The position numbers were made by a program, and so were the translations under genes. The notes under the pieces are model-generated. The model was not told where the DNA came from, searched no databases, and saw only the letters and a program-made list of their open reading frames with translations. A DNA stretch of 63,779 nucleotides, the filler included, from Octopus bimaculoides (lineage: Eukaryota): NCBI RefSeq assembly GCF_001194135.2. It is 6 parts of 6 records of this genome, joined end to end, with 100 filler letters (N's around TTAATTAATTAA, not from the genome) between each part and the next. Parts side by side here need not be neighbours in the genome. Positions count along the whole stretch, not along the records: positions 16,318 to 32,842 come from NC_068988.1; positions 32,943 to 41,572 come from NC_069005.1; 4 more parts are not named here. The stretch is one strand, 5' to 3'. Below, in pieces: positions 27,190 to 39,721 of this stretch (within the stretch, counting starts at the first letter, position 1; the number at the start of each line of letters is the position of its first letter).

Positions 27190-27380
27190 GGATTCTCAAC
27201 CGTATCCATGCACATTTCGTCCATCTTTACTTTCTGAGTTCAAATTCCACCGAGCCTGACTTTGCATTTCATCTCTTCTGAGTCGATAAAATAAGTACCA
27301 TTACAGCGCTGTGGTCGATGTAATCGACTTACCTCCCCACTCCGCGAAATTGCTTGCTTTGTGCCAAAATTTGAAACAAA
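27190..27380 (+). mobile_element. SINE family B lacking a clear head
   Basis: ctgagttcaaattccaccgag...gtcgataaaataagtacc...gtcgatgtaatcgactt...gtgccaaaatttgaaac. Confidence 0.75.
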
Positions 27381-29050
27381 TGTCATAAACGTAATTTGGA
27401 CAAAATAACGATAAATAGATTCAAGAGTACTCTTTAATTAATACACAGAAACATTGATATACCCCGATTTTTTGCTATAGAATGTCTATGACACAGACAT
27501 GATGATGGGTATAAAAGCAATATAATTTTATATAGTAAAATTCGAGGAGAAATCCAAATACTAGAGATATAAACCAAAAAATTCTTCCTTAGAATTTTTT
27601 CTGCAGTGTTGAAATAGAATTTCTTTACAGAAGTATATGCCATAGTTTACTGTAGCAAGATAAAATATATCTGATAACATATTTGACATGTTAAAAGATT
27701 ACAAAGTATTCCTACATTTTTTCTGTTTAGTCTGTGGACAAAAAACATGTTTATCATGTAGTAAATTCTATAAGACATTCGGTGCGTTCATACTTAAGGG
27801 ATAATCCAAAAGTGATAGATAAAAAGTTTACAACATACCGTTGACTCTCCTACAAACGATTGGACATAAAACAGCTAAAAGAAAACAACTACCAACACGT
27901 ACATACACTCTTTCGTTAAAAGAAATTCAAATAGAAGAAAGTCAATTTATTATTCGCTTAGAATCGTTCTCCGTTATTATGTTACAGATTATCATTCCAT
28001 TGTGACGGACATACTGGATCGCCATCTTAAGAATAGTCATGACATCTATTTTCTAAGCCCATTTGTGGAGACCAATAGCTATTTAATATTCTGGCATGAA
28101 GTAAATCTACAGGAATCATCCGACAATGGAAGCAAGTTGCAAAAAAATAAAAGATCACTACAGTCATGAGTTGCAGGATTTTTATTCTTACGACTAGTGT
28201 CTGAAATGAAAAAGAAGAATTAATGCAAGAAAGGTACTGATGGTATTCTTTAACAGAAAAAAACAACCGTTTTCACATATTTTGCCTTAAATCCAGTACC
28301 TTTCCATGAGAGTGATTCAATTTATTCAGATCAAGAACCAAATATGCAACACCTTTTAGTTGTTTCGATATAATTGGACGACATTTAGAGATCAGATTAT
28401 TATATGAACAGACTATAAATTCAGAAACAAATTGATAACTTATCTGAATATTTCTGAAATTTATTTTGTTACGGATATTCTCAATGGAATAAATTAATCC
28501 AGCTTAAGTGATTTAATTGATTAGATTGAACTGTGTGCTTGAAACTAAAAGCTATCTCAGATAACGCATTTAATTGTGTAATAAGCGTTGAAAATTAGAT
28601 GTTTTAAATATTCTGTTTAATTTTCTCATTGATTTTAAATACAATGAAATTAAATTAGATAGAAATTTAAGGAAGCAATAAGAGCAAAAGCAACTGATAG
28701 TGCATTTAAATTGAATTAGCGTAATATTATTACAAATGTCTAAGATATAAAGACATATTTGCAAAATACTGTTATGTGAATTAGTGCTCATTGCAGTGTA
28801 CAGCTGTTAAGCTACCACTCTACTCGCCACACATCATATGTATATATGTGTACATATACATACATACGGGCGTACATGTACATACATAATTCTCAGTGTG
28901 TATGTCTGCATCCGGAACATAACTACTAATGTTTACAGCTCGAGTCGTAGCAATTCAGTGACCTCTGTATACAATTCCCCAAGGTAATATTACAATACAA
29001 ATTTGCTCATAAGTGCTCGTGCTTTCTGTTATCGGTTATGCTTTCTATTA

Positions 29051-29278
29051 TATTGGGTTTTCCGGAAAGTTCGTGCCGATTTATAGCAGCTTACCTTTCG
29101 ATTTATTTGCCATAAAACCACCAAAATTCTGGGAAGAGGGTACTTTAAAGTTAAAGGAAGGATGGAGGTGCAATGTGCAACAAAATGGTTCATATTTGGT
29201 TGATTTAAAATGTAATGGCAATTATTTATTGACTGTTTTCTTTTAAAAATTGGCACGAACATTCCGGATAACCCAATA
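29051..29278 (+). mobile_element. Internally deleted mariner (MITE)
   Basis: TIRs tattgggttttccggaaagttcgtgccgattt / aaattggcacgaacattccggataacccaata; internal FAIKPPKFWEEGTLKLKEGWRCNVQQNGSYLVD resembles a mariner C-terminus. Confidence 0.85.
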
Positions 29279-30426
29279 CATTGTAGTATAGCAGAGTGGA
29301 CAATTTTCAAATATTTTTAGGTAGAAATCTACACTCCTAACATGCATATAATCATAAAATATAAAGTATTTATAGAAAATACCTGAAAATAGTAACTTTT
29401 GTAAGTAATGAATTGAAAATGCAGTGAAATCATTTTGCCAGATTTCTTATTTGTCTCAGGTGTTTGAACGACAATTAATAACAAATCTAATTTTAATGTT
29501 TTGTTACACATAACACGTCTATATTTCAAGCAATGAAACCTTTGTTTTTCATGGTTAAATCAGAAGAACGTAGAATAAATGAATCTGTATAAATCCTTAT
29601 ATTACATAAGGTTTAGTGAAATAGACCATCAAACTCCTGTTTCACGACGGATTAATACAAGAATGTACTAGATTTTATCTCAAACAATAGAAGTCAAATG
29701 GAAGACGACTAAATTGTTGAATAAAAGTTCCTACATAAAATAGAAAGAATAATTATACAAGGTTATCCCATAACCAAACGTATAGTCAATTGTTGATAAA
29801 ATTTGCTGTTCTATAAATCCAATTTTCTAATACGTAAATCAGAGATGGTTCAAATCGATAACGTGATGATAAGTATTTAGTTATTAGATATTCTAAGAGG
29901 TTTATCAAAGCGGTGCATACAGATATTTCACAAAGTATGTAATGATAATAGTGAGCTGGTTACCATTGATAAAGAACACAGATATTGTCCCTGAACAATG
30001 CAGAGATAATTAGAAAATTGAACACACAGTAAATAATTGAATATAGGAAGTGATAAATAAGATTTTTATTATACTTGTATTTTTATTAAGGTGTTTATTA
30101 AGATTTTTATCAAAATTCTATGGAAATGCGTCGACCTTTCCGGCAAAATTACTAATACATTTATAGTATATTTTCAAAAATGCTATTAAGGCAAGAAATA
30201 CGTTAGTATGATAAACGGTATTATATATATATATATATATATATATNNNNNNNNNNNNNNNNNNNNNNNNNNNNNNNNNNNNNNNNNNNNNNNNAGGGCA
30301 GGGAATTGTTAATTAATTAATAAATTAATAATTAACAAGTAGATCAGTATACAAAAAAAGCTTTATCCGTAAAACATTTATAATTATAAACATATAGGGA
30401 TCAGCAGGAGCTACTTCGAAAATTTC

Positions 30427-31024
30427 GAAATAGCAGTTAAAAACTACTAATTCTAACTACAATTTATTCTCGAACTTTAGCAATATTTTTGGCACACATA
30501 GAACAACGGAGGAAAAATAAACGAAAACAAACCTGCTGTTAGTTAATCATGTACGACATTTCGTGTTTAGAATATAAAAATTCGTTTCACTCTTCAGCAT
30601 GACATCCAAAATTATAAATCTGAAAAATGCTAAGGAATCCATGTATATCTGACCGTACGACATCAAATATCACATAAGAAAAAAAATCAGCATCACCAAA
30701 TTTATATGGACAAGTAAATTTCGTATCCCTCCTCAAAATTACCTCATGTGTGTCACGAATAGTCCAGCAGAAAAGATTGCAGTTTAACTATCCAGGAGTA
30801 GATCATCAATACAGATATCGGGCAGGGAATTGTTAATTAATTAATAAATTAATAATTAACAATTTAACCGACTTGTTCAGTATCACGAAACATCGTACAT
30901 GATTAACTAACGGCAGGTTTGTTTTCGTTTATTTTTTCCTCTGTTGTTCTATGTGTGCCATCAATATCGCTATCAGTTGGAGAATAAATTATAGATAGAA
31001 TTAGTAGTTTTTAACTGCTATTTC
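30427..31024. mobile_element. Non-autonomous element with ~140-bp inverted repeats
   Basis: 30427-30565 is the reverse complement of 30884-31024 at roughly 90% identity by eye. Confidence 0.8.
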
Positions 31025-31039
31025 TAAATACAGCTTTGC

Positions 31040-31262
31040 GCTGTATTTATGTGTTGTGGTCCTGAATTGGGTAGCAGACGTATCACCCGTGGTCCTAGCC
31101 TTGGACGTATTCTGAAATTATTGTTGAGGTCGTTTCGGCAATTCTTCTGATATATTCTTCACCGCGTGCAAATGATGTTCTGCTCACGGCAGCATTAGAA
31201 GCAATAGAGTTTCAATGCTTTAAGGCGGTTCCAATAACCGAGATCAGTCATGTCCTTAATTC
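31040..31262 (-). mobile_element. Decayed CR1/L2/Jockey-superfamily LINE 3' fragment
   Basis: DLGYWNRLKALKLYCF*CCRE resembles the YWERLxxLxLYSLQRRRE motif of these LINE C-termini. Confidence 0.55.
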
Positions 31263-31274
31263 TTTTAGTGTATG

Positions 31275-31311
<37 letters not shown>

Positions 31312-31334
31312 AAAAGAGTTTTATCCTTTTTTGA

Positions 31335-31377
<43 letters not shown>

Positions 31378-32147
31378 TAGATAGATAGANNNNNNNNNNN
31401 NNNNNNNNNNNNNNNNNNNNNNNNNNNNNNNNNNNNNNNNNNNNNNNNNNNNNNNNNNNNNNNNNNNNNNNNNNNNNNNNNNNNNNNNNNNNNNNNNNNN
31501 NNNNNNNNNNNNNNNNNNNNNNNNNNNNNNNNNNNNNNNNNNNNNNNNNNNNNNNNNNNNNNNNNNNNNNNNNNNNNNNNNNNNNNNNNNNNNNNNNNNN
31601 NNNNNNNNNNNNNNNNNNNNNNNNNNNNNNNNNNNNNNNNNNNNNNNNNNNNNNNNNNNNNNNNNNNNNNNNNNNNNNNNNNNNNNNNNNNNNNNNNNNN
31701 NNNNNNNNNNNNNNNNNNNNNNNNNNNNNNNNNNNNNNNNNNNNNNNNNNNNNNNNNNNNNNNNNNNNNNNNNNNNNNNNNNNNNNNNNNNNNNNNNNNN
31801 NNNNNNNNNNNNNNNNNNNNNNNNNNNNNNNNNNNNNNNNNNNNNNNNNNNNNNNNNNNNNNNNNNNNNNNNNNNNNNNNNNNNNNNNNNNNNNNNNNNN
31901 NNNNNNNNNNNNNNNNNNNNNNNNNNNNNNNNNNNNNNNTGTACCGACCGATTTCGCGATTACTAGAATGAATCTAGATTTCGTTCATCAGCACAATAAT
32001 GTTCCAAAAATATATATAAATAAACAGAATTCTCACCTCACCAAAAACGAACAACTACGTATCCGACAGAGTAAAGGGAATGAAGTTTATCTGTATATAT
32101 CTTCATCAAAGAAGCGGGAAATACTTCCGGGTTGTTTTTAGGTACCC

Positions 32148-32159
<12 letters not shown>

Positions 32160-32202
<43 letters not shown>

Positions 32203-32842
32203 TGTTTCTTTATTAGCCACACAGGGCTCAACACAGAGGGGACAAAATACAAATGTAGAGTTTTTTCTTTTCGAGAGGGGCGAAAACAATGCAGAAAAAA
32301 AAAACAAAAGTNNNNNNNNNNGGGGTATTTACACAAAATACGAAATGATACAGAAAATTCCCAATAAATGAGGAGGTTATCCGTGGAAAGAAAAACCTAC
32401 GAAAAGACCACGGTAACCTCGGTCCTTAGTGTCACAGTTTGTTAAATAAAATTCCTTTTATTTATGCAAGAAACGTAAGTAACACTCTGTTTACCAAATT
32501 TTAAAACGTTTTATAGAATCATAGTCAAGGTGGCTTCGTCATTTATACGTGCCATTCTTGCTACATGTATCCATCTTTTTTCGAAACATTTGCTAGACAA
32601 CACTTGCCTCTCTACTCTCACCTTCCTTTTCAAGTGATACTTGAAAAAGTTGATGAGAGATTGACCAGAGAGGAAAGTATTTGTCTCTAATCCTTTCAGA
32701 CGCGTCCACCAGATGCATTCTTTCGCCATAGCCACAAGTATGATAAATACAGCTCTTCCTTCCCGTTTAAAGGAAGGAGGCGTGACGATATTGACGATAG
32801 ACTCGGTTGATAAACTGACTCGTCCCACACGTGACAGCAGTC
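32160..32842 (-). mobile_element. Tx1/L1-clade LINE 3' end (ORF2 C-terminus, 3' UTR, (ATCT)n)
   Basis: AKECIWWTRLKG...NFFKYHLKRKVRVER is homologous to 58593-58796; 3' UTR ends gtcccctctgtgttgagccctgtgtggctaataaagaaaca. Confidence 0.8.
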
Positions 32843-32942
32843 NNNNNNNNNNNNNNNNNNNNNNNNNNNNNNNNNNNNNNNNNNNNTTAATTAATTAANN
32901 NNNNNNNNNNNNNNNNNNNNNNNNNNNNNNNNNNNNNNNNNN
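32843..32942. other. Artificial scaffold linker 2
   Basis: 44 N + TTAATTAATTAA + 44 N. Confidence 0.9.
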
Positions 32943-33109
32943 ATATAGTAGAAGACACTTGCCCAAGGTGCCACGCAGTGGGACTGAACCCTGGACCATG
33001 TGGTTGGTAAGCAAGCTACTTACCACACAGCCACTCCTACGCCTAAATTTATTAAATTTGATTTATTCTTTTTTTCTCGTTTCAACTAAAATGTTTCTAA
33101 TATTCGTAG

Positions 33110-33330
33110 ATAGAATGGCAACAAACCGGCAGAATCATTACTGCGCCAGAAAAAATGCATTATAGCATTTCGTCTGTCTTCACGTTCTGAATTCAAATTC
33201 CGCCGAAGTCGACTTTGCCTTTCATCCTTTCGCAGTCGATAAAATAAGTACCAGTTGAGCACTGGAGTCGATGTAATCGACTTAACCCCCTCCCACGAAA
33301 TTTCTGGCCTTGTGCCATAATTTGAAACAA
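33110..33330 (+). mobile_element. SINE family B
   Basis: ttctgaattcaaattccgccgaagtcgactttgcctttcatcctttcgc...gtgccataatttgaaac. Confidence 0.85.
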
Positions 33331-33559
33331 ATATTCGTAGATAGAAAACGCTGTTTCTATTTCGGTCGCATTTTTTTTAAATAAGAAGTTATCAAAAGAC
33401 TGTTAATTACATTAATTACATAAAAAACGAAAGCATACACGCGCGCACATACACCCACACACACAAAAAAATAAAAAGCCAGACGAATGAATTATATGGT
33501 ATCACTACAATGTTTCGTTAAGAGTATTTATTGTGATATGACATTGTGCAAACAGAATC

Positions 33560-33835
33560 CACGCACAAGGTTTTAGTTGGCCTGAATGCTATCTGAGAAA
33601 ACAAAAGCACCGCGAGTCCAGACAAGGTTGTTTATGGAAGACCAGCAGTCTCCCCTCTTCATGCCACCGATGTTATCCAAGAGAAAGGCAAGGGCCAATA
33701 CAGCTTTTCTACAACTGGAGCAACGTGAAATAAAGTGTCTTGCTCAAAAACAAAACATCGCAACCCGGTCAAGGGTTCGAATTCACTACCTTATGATTGT
33801 GAGCCCACGCTCTAGCCACTGAGCCATGCTCCTTC
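33560..33835 (-). mobile_element. SINE family C-like
   Basis: Minus strand gcatggctcagtggctagagc (A box), aattcgaaccc (B-box-like), gagcaagacactttatttcacgttgctccag. Confidence 0.65.
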
Positions 33836-34031
33836 ACCGATTTATTATATCAGGTATATAATGTATATAACATATTAGAAAATACTTTACACTTTTATTG
33901 GGTCCTCTAATTTATCACTTGGTGAACCATCAGAGGTTTATATATACGCACAAGTAGACACATAGGTGGAAAAAATAATACTCCTATACCGAAGGTAGAA
34001 CAGAATGCTTTTATTAAAGCCGAAAAAATCT

Positions 34032-34080
34032 TCACAAACTGCTACTCAGTTTCACGTTACCGTTCGTCGGACAGTTGTGA
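34032..34080 (-). ncRNA. Minimal type I hammerhead ribozyme motif, U4C variant, probably inactive
   Basis: TCACAACTGT-CCGACGA-ACG(GTAA)CGT-GAAA-C(TGA)G-TA-GCAGTTTGTGA: 10-bp stem I with one bulge, 3-bp stem II with GNRA loop, 2-bp stem III, GUA cleavage triplet. Confidence 0.65.
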
Positions 34081-34239
34081 TCATATTAAAACAAAGATTG
34101 TGATGGTTCATGAAATATAATATGATATAATGTAATACAATTCAACGGAAAGGCAATTAAATTTGATTGGGTGACTGATTTTCAAAAACATAACTGTGTA
34201 GCTTCGCTACCAGTGGGGTAATAAAAGCGAAGTTTAACT

Positions 34240-34450
34240 CTTCGAAACGCTTAGTTTTAGAATGGTGGCAGCTGATGAAGGAAATGTTCTCTATGTGGCC
34301 TGTGTGTTTTCTGTACTCTGTTTATGTTCTGTTTTTCATTTTGTCCACGTTTCTTTTTTGTAACGTCCTGTACCCAGATATGCATCTATATATGCATGTA
34401 GATGTAGGTATGTACATACATGTACGTATATATGCATATACTCACATATT
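34240..34450 (+). repeat. Dispersed repeat family D
   Basis: cttCGAAACgcttagttttagaatggtggcagCTGATGAaggaaatgttct...aacgtcctgtacccagatatgcatc. Confidence 0.65.
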
Positions 34451-34767
34451 ATTTGTATTATTACATACATACATATATACATACATACATACATACATGT
34501 ATGTATGTGTGTGTGTTTTATAAAGAAACATATTCGTATAGTTCAGTTAATGGAAGTTCATCTGACCAAGAATTGGTTTGTCATTTCTGGAAGGACGAGC
34601 AACTTTATTGTTGCTAATCACTCACAAGCCTTGCTGATTTCGCCACCACTGCCCTAATCATCACTTTTACTTAGAAACACCCATCCACACATTTTAATTA
34701 TAACGGTAATACACGAGATATATGTTTGTGTATACGACTGTGAGTAGAGTGGACGAATTTTCTTTTC

Positions 34768-34945
34768 TACTCTAGGCACAAGGCCCGAAATTTTGGGGGA
34801 GGAGATCAGTCGATTAGATCGACTCCAGTATGCAACTGGTACTTAATTTATTGACCCCGAAAGGATGAAAGGCAAAGTCGGCCCCAGAAGAATTTGAACT
34901 CATTTCACCCGGCGTGCTAACGACTCTGCCAACTCACCGCCTTAG
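34768..34945 (-). mobile_element. SINE family B
   Basis: Reverse-orientation core aaggatgaaaggcaaagtcg and head cactcaccgcctt. Confidence 0.8.
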
Positions 34946-35284
34946 TAGAGATGAATATATTAAATATTTCATTTGCAATGAGGAAGTTAATTAGTCTGCA
35001 ACATTCACTTTCAGGTCTCCGGAGTAAAGGCACCGGAGAATGTGTGTAGCCATTGTAGAGTTGCTTTAAGGTCTTTGCATAGACGTATGTAAACAAAAGA
35101 AGTTATTGACATTATTTTTCTATTTACGTTGAAAGAATTTAGAGACTTCGAGAGAACGTGGTATAATTCTTTGTTAACAGTTGAACGTGAAATAGATAAA
35201 ATTATAAATTAAAGCGTGTAGATATTGGGTTTAAAAAACAAACAAACCTTAGTGTAGAAAATGTCGATGAATGCCTGTGCCCAC

Positions 35285-35520
35285 GGCAATATTGGTTTCA
35301 AATTTTGGCAAAAGGCCAGCAATTTCAGGGAAGGAAGTAAGTCGAGTACATCGACCCAGTACATGACTGGTATTCATTTTATCGACCTGAAAAGAATGAA
35401 AGGCAAATTCGACTTTGGCAGAATGTGAACTCAGAATCGTGAAAACGAATGAAATGTCGCCGAGTATTTTGCTTGCCCGGTGTGCTAACGATTCTGCCAG
35501 CTCTCTGCCAGCTCTCTGCC
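35285..35520 (-). mobile_element. SINE family B
   Basis: gaatgaaaggcaaattcgac...gctaacgattctgccagctc. Confidence 0.75.
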
Positions 35521-37019
35521 CCAAGAACGGACAATATTCACAAACAGTTAACTATAACTTCATCTACTTTGAGTTCAACCATCAAAAAGGAATTTTTTTG
35601 TACATCGTATCAACTGTCATGAAGATAGAAGATGTCACTCAACAAAGAATATTATATTTACATCCACATAACTTTTCTTTATTTTATAAGTTTCTTTCAA
35701 TTCTTCTTTGTTTTGCCAAGAGTCTCAATATGCTCTCTTACTTTTCAACACTATTATTCCTACGAAAGGTTTTATATTTAGATAACAAACGAGAGTTTGT
35801 TCTCTATTCTGCTACATCATTCTGATATCACTTCAATATCACCAATATATTTATTTATTTCTACCATTTATTCATACTAATCGATAGAATATGTCTTCCT
35901 GGAAACCAAATTACATCTAAACAAAACATTAACTAATTACTTTCGTAGTTTTACCTTTTCACTTTTAATCGTAAGTTTCTTTTAATTTCTTCGGCAAATT
36001 TTACTTTTCAGATTCCATCAGATTTCCTTTTGCGTACCATTCTTTAGCGTTCTTTCATCAGTTCTGATATCGCCATCGTAACATTTCACCTCTTCTCTAA
36101 TCAGTGCATCGTCTGAACATCTAAACATTGCATCTATTGACATTACTGTTTCTTGATTTATCTCTTCCATACACTTCCTATCCATTTACACACTTTAATT
36201 GCCGTAAAACTTCCACCCGTTTTCTTGTTCTTTTTCTTATGAATCTTTTAAACTTTTCACACCTCTGACTTGTTAAATAAATAATTTTTCATCACTTATT
36301 TGTCTTCTTGACAGGAGATTCACTCCCACTACTCACTAAACGATTCCTTCCCGCACCTCAAGATCTGCCATTCGCAAAATAAACAACGCTAACCACGTAC
36401 CCGACTCCAGCAACTGCTTTATAATTTACAGCTTTTGAGTTGAATAGGTTCACATTTAACCAATATATCCATTCGAGCTTTAATCGTATTTGAAAGCTTT
36501 GATTTACCGTGGCTACTTTTCAAACTGTTCTTTTTCAAGAAATAAACGATTACAATTAGTTTAAAGCCGCGGTTTTCAACCATTTTTTTTCTTATGGAAC
36601 CCTTAATTTCTCTCTTGTGGACCTCCATAGCCATTCGCTGTGTATATATATATAAAAAATCCTACTGTAGTTTTATAAATAAATGTTATTAGGAATTGTA
36701 TTATAGATGCATTATAGATGTAGAAGCAATTTAGGTACTTTTTGGTTATCCCACCCTCATTAAAAAATTGCCATTAAAAAATTGGGTTACCTCCCCACTA
36801 AAATATTGAGTTTATGTGGCGACAAGAGATTGAATTAAACGAGTTAGATCCTTTTGATTCAATATTTCAACACATTACTGACTTTTGGCCTCCTCAATAG
36901 GAATGGTCTGATTTATTATAAAAAATATTATAAGATTCAATAAGATGTTTAATTTTTTTCAGTTTTCATATTTACTAATTTTTTCAGTTTTGTATGATTT
37001 GTTATAAAAATATTCTTTT

Positions 37020-37373
37020 CTACTCTAGGCACAAGGCCCGAAATTTTGAGGGAGGGGGCCAGTCGATTAGATCGACCCCAGTACGCAACTGGTTCTTAAT
37101 TTATCGACCCCGAAAGAATGAAAGGCGAAGTCGACCTCGGCGGAATTTGAACTCAGAACGTAAAAGTCAGACGAAATACCGCTAATCATTTCGCCCGGCG
37201 TGCTAACGTTTCTTATTTCTTTACTGCTCACAAGGGGCTAAACATAGAGGAGCAAACAAGGTCAGACAAACGGATTAAGTCGATTAGATCGACACCAGTG
37301 CGTAACTGGTATTGAATTTATCGATCCCGAAAGGATGAAAGGCGAAGTCGACCTCGGCGGAATTTGAACTCAG
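37020..37373 (-). mobile_element. Two tandem SINE family B copies with different 3' tails; second is cut by a gap
   Basis: First ends in a ctaggcacaaggcccgaaatttt-type tail; second (from 37217) carries the ttatttctttactgctcacaaggggctaaacatagagg tail. Confidence 0.85.
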
Positions 37374-38159
37374 NNNNNNNNNNNNNNNNNNNNNNNNNNN
37401 NNNNNNNNNNNNNNNNNNNNNNNNNNNNNNNNNNNNNNNNNNNNNNNNNNNNNNNNNNNNNNNNNNNNNNNNNNNNNNNNNNNNNNNNNNNNNNNNNNNN
37501 NNNNNNNNNNNNNNNNNNNNNNNNNNNNNNNNNNNNNNNNNNNNNNNNNNNNNNNNNNNNNNNNNNNNNNNNNNNNNNNNNNNNNNNNNNNNNNNNNNNN
37601 NNNNNNNNNNNNNNNNNNNNNNNNNNNNNNNNNNNNNNNNNNNNNNNNNNNNNNNNNNNNNNNNNNNNNNNNNNNNNNNNNNNNNNNNNNNNNNNNNNNN
37701 NNNNNNNNNNNNNNNNNNNNNNNNNNNNNNNNNNNNNNNNNNNNNNNNNNNNNNNNNNNNNNNNNNNNNNNNNNNNNNNNNNNNNNNNNNNNNNNNNNNN
37801 NNNNNNNNNNNNNNNNNNNNNNNNNNNNNNNNNNNNNNNNNNNNNNNNNNNNNNNNNNNNNNNNNNNNNNNNNNNNNNNNNNNNNNNNNNNNNNNNNNNN
37901 NNNNNNNNNNNNNNNNNNNNNNNNNNNNNNNNNNNNNNNNNNNNNNNNNNNNNNNNNNNNNNNNNNNNNNNNNNNNNNNNNNNNNNNNNNNNNNNNNNNN
38001 NNNNNNNNNNNNNNNNNNNNNNNNNNNNNNNNNNNNNNNNNNNNNNNNNNNNNNNNNNNNNNNNNNNNNNNNNNNNNNNNNNNNNNNNNNNNNNNNNNNN
38101 NNNNNNNNAATTTAGGAGAAAATGGTGGGGGAGGGACGGACGGACGGGCGGAAGTCTTT

Positions 38160-38282
38160 CCCCGAGTTCTTTTACAGGGCTTTGAAAAACTGAAGGACCT
38201 CTGCAAAATGTGTGTGAAACTGAGAGGGGAATATGTTGAATAAAATCACCCAAAGCCAGGAACTGCTTAGCACCCACTCGTA
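38160..38282 (+). mobile_element. Mariner 3' end (transposase C-terminus plus TIR)
   Basis: KLKDLCKMCVKLRG(E)YVE* followed by aaagccaggaactgcttagcacccactcg-TA; TIR related to 62863-63047. Confidence 0.7.
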
Positions 38283-38682
38283 TTAAATGTGTTTCGCAGT
38301 TTCTGCTGAACTCATAACACGTTGAAGCCGATTTAATGCATTAATTTTCGTTTCCAGAGAAATTGACACACCTTATTCAATCTCAAAAGTATTTAAGAAA
38401 AATATATATGAAAGAAATGAGTTTAAATTAAGTGTTAGGTTTAGGAATAAGAAAGAAACAAACCCCAAAAACAACAAAAATAAAATGAAATAAAAACAGA
38501 ATATACTAAAGTGAAACTGTGCAAACCGAATACTGCGTACGTGTGTGTATATATGTGCATCTGTCTGTTTCTCTTTCTCTGTCTATCTATCTGTCAGTTT
38601 AATGTGTGCGTGTGCGTGTGCGTGTGCGTATGTGTGCGCACGGTTGCGTGCGCGCATTTGTGTACGTGAGTATACATGTTCA

Positions 38683-38716
<34 letters not shown>

Positions 38717-39661
38717 TATTCATGTTTATATAGATAAAACTGGTATTTATTTCAAGTATTAACACAAGGCCACGCACACACACAACACACACACACAACA
38801 CACACACACACACACACATTATTTGGCAGGAACTTATTTTATCGACATCCGCTCTCCAGGAGAAGGAGAGAGAGAGAGGGAGAGAGAGAGAGAGAAAGAG
38901 ANNNNNNNNNNNNNNNNNNNNNNNNNNNNNNNNNNNNNNNNNNNNNNNNNNNNNNNNNNNNNNNNNNNNNNNNNNNNNNNNNNNNNNNNNNNNNNNNNNN
39001 NNNNNNNNNNNNNNNNNNNNNNNNNNNNNNNNNNNNNNNNNNNNNNNNNNNNNNNNNNNNNNNNNNNNNNNNNNNNNNNNNNNNNNNNNNNNNNNNNNNN
39101 NNNNNNNNNNNNNNNNNNNNNNNNNNNNNNNNNNNNNNNNNNNNNNNNNNNNNNNNNNNNNNNNNNNNNNNNNNNNNNNNNNNNNNNNNNNNNNNNNNNN
39201 NNNNNNNNNNNNNNNNNNNNNNNNNNNNNNNNNNNNNNNNNNNNNNNNNNNNNNNNNNNNNNNNNNNNNNNNNNNNNNNNNNNNNNNNNNNNNNNNNNNN
39301 NNNNNNNNNNNNNNNNNNNNNNNNNNNNNNNNNNNNNNNNNNNNNNNNNNNNNNNNNNNNNNNNNNNNNNNNNNNNNNNNNNNNNNNNNNNNNNNNNNNN
39401 NNNNNNNNNNNNNNNNNNNNNNNNNNNNNNNNNNNNNNNNNNNNNNNNNNNNNNNNNNNNNNNNNNNNNNNNNNNNNNNNNNNNNNNNNNNNNNNNNNNN
39501 NNNNNNNNNNNNNNNNNNNNNNNNNNNNNNNNNNNNNNNNNNNNNNNNNNNNNNNNNNNNNNNNNNNNNNNNNNNNNNNNNNNNNNNNNNNNNNNNNNNN
39601 NNAGAGAGAGAGAGAGAGAAGGGGGAGAGAAAGAGGAGAGAGAGAGACTGAGGAGAGAGAG

Positions 39662-39721
<60 letters not shown>

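Noticed and set aside
30296-30345. Second copy of the AT palindrome gggcagggaattgttaattaatt...
   Set aside because: Starts right at a gap edge and duplicates 30820-30865; probably a gap-filling artefact
35415-35825. 136-aa plus-strand ORF
   Set aside because: Starts inside an antisense SINE and continues through T-rich sequence with no domain
35990-36640. Possible first exons on the minus strand (donor gtacgt near 36400; frame MDRKCMEEINQE...)
   Set aside because: Short, purine-biased frames with no homology and no supporting promoter or acceptor evidence
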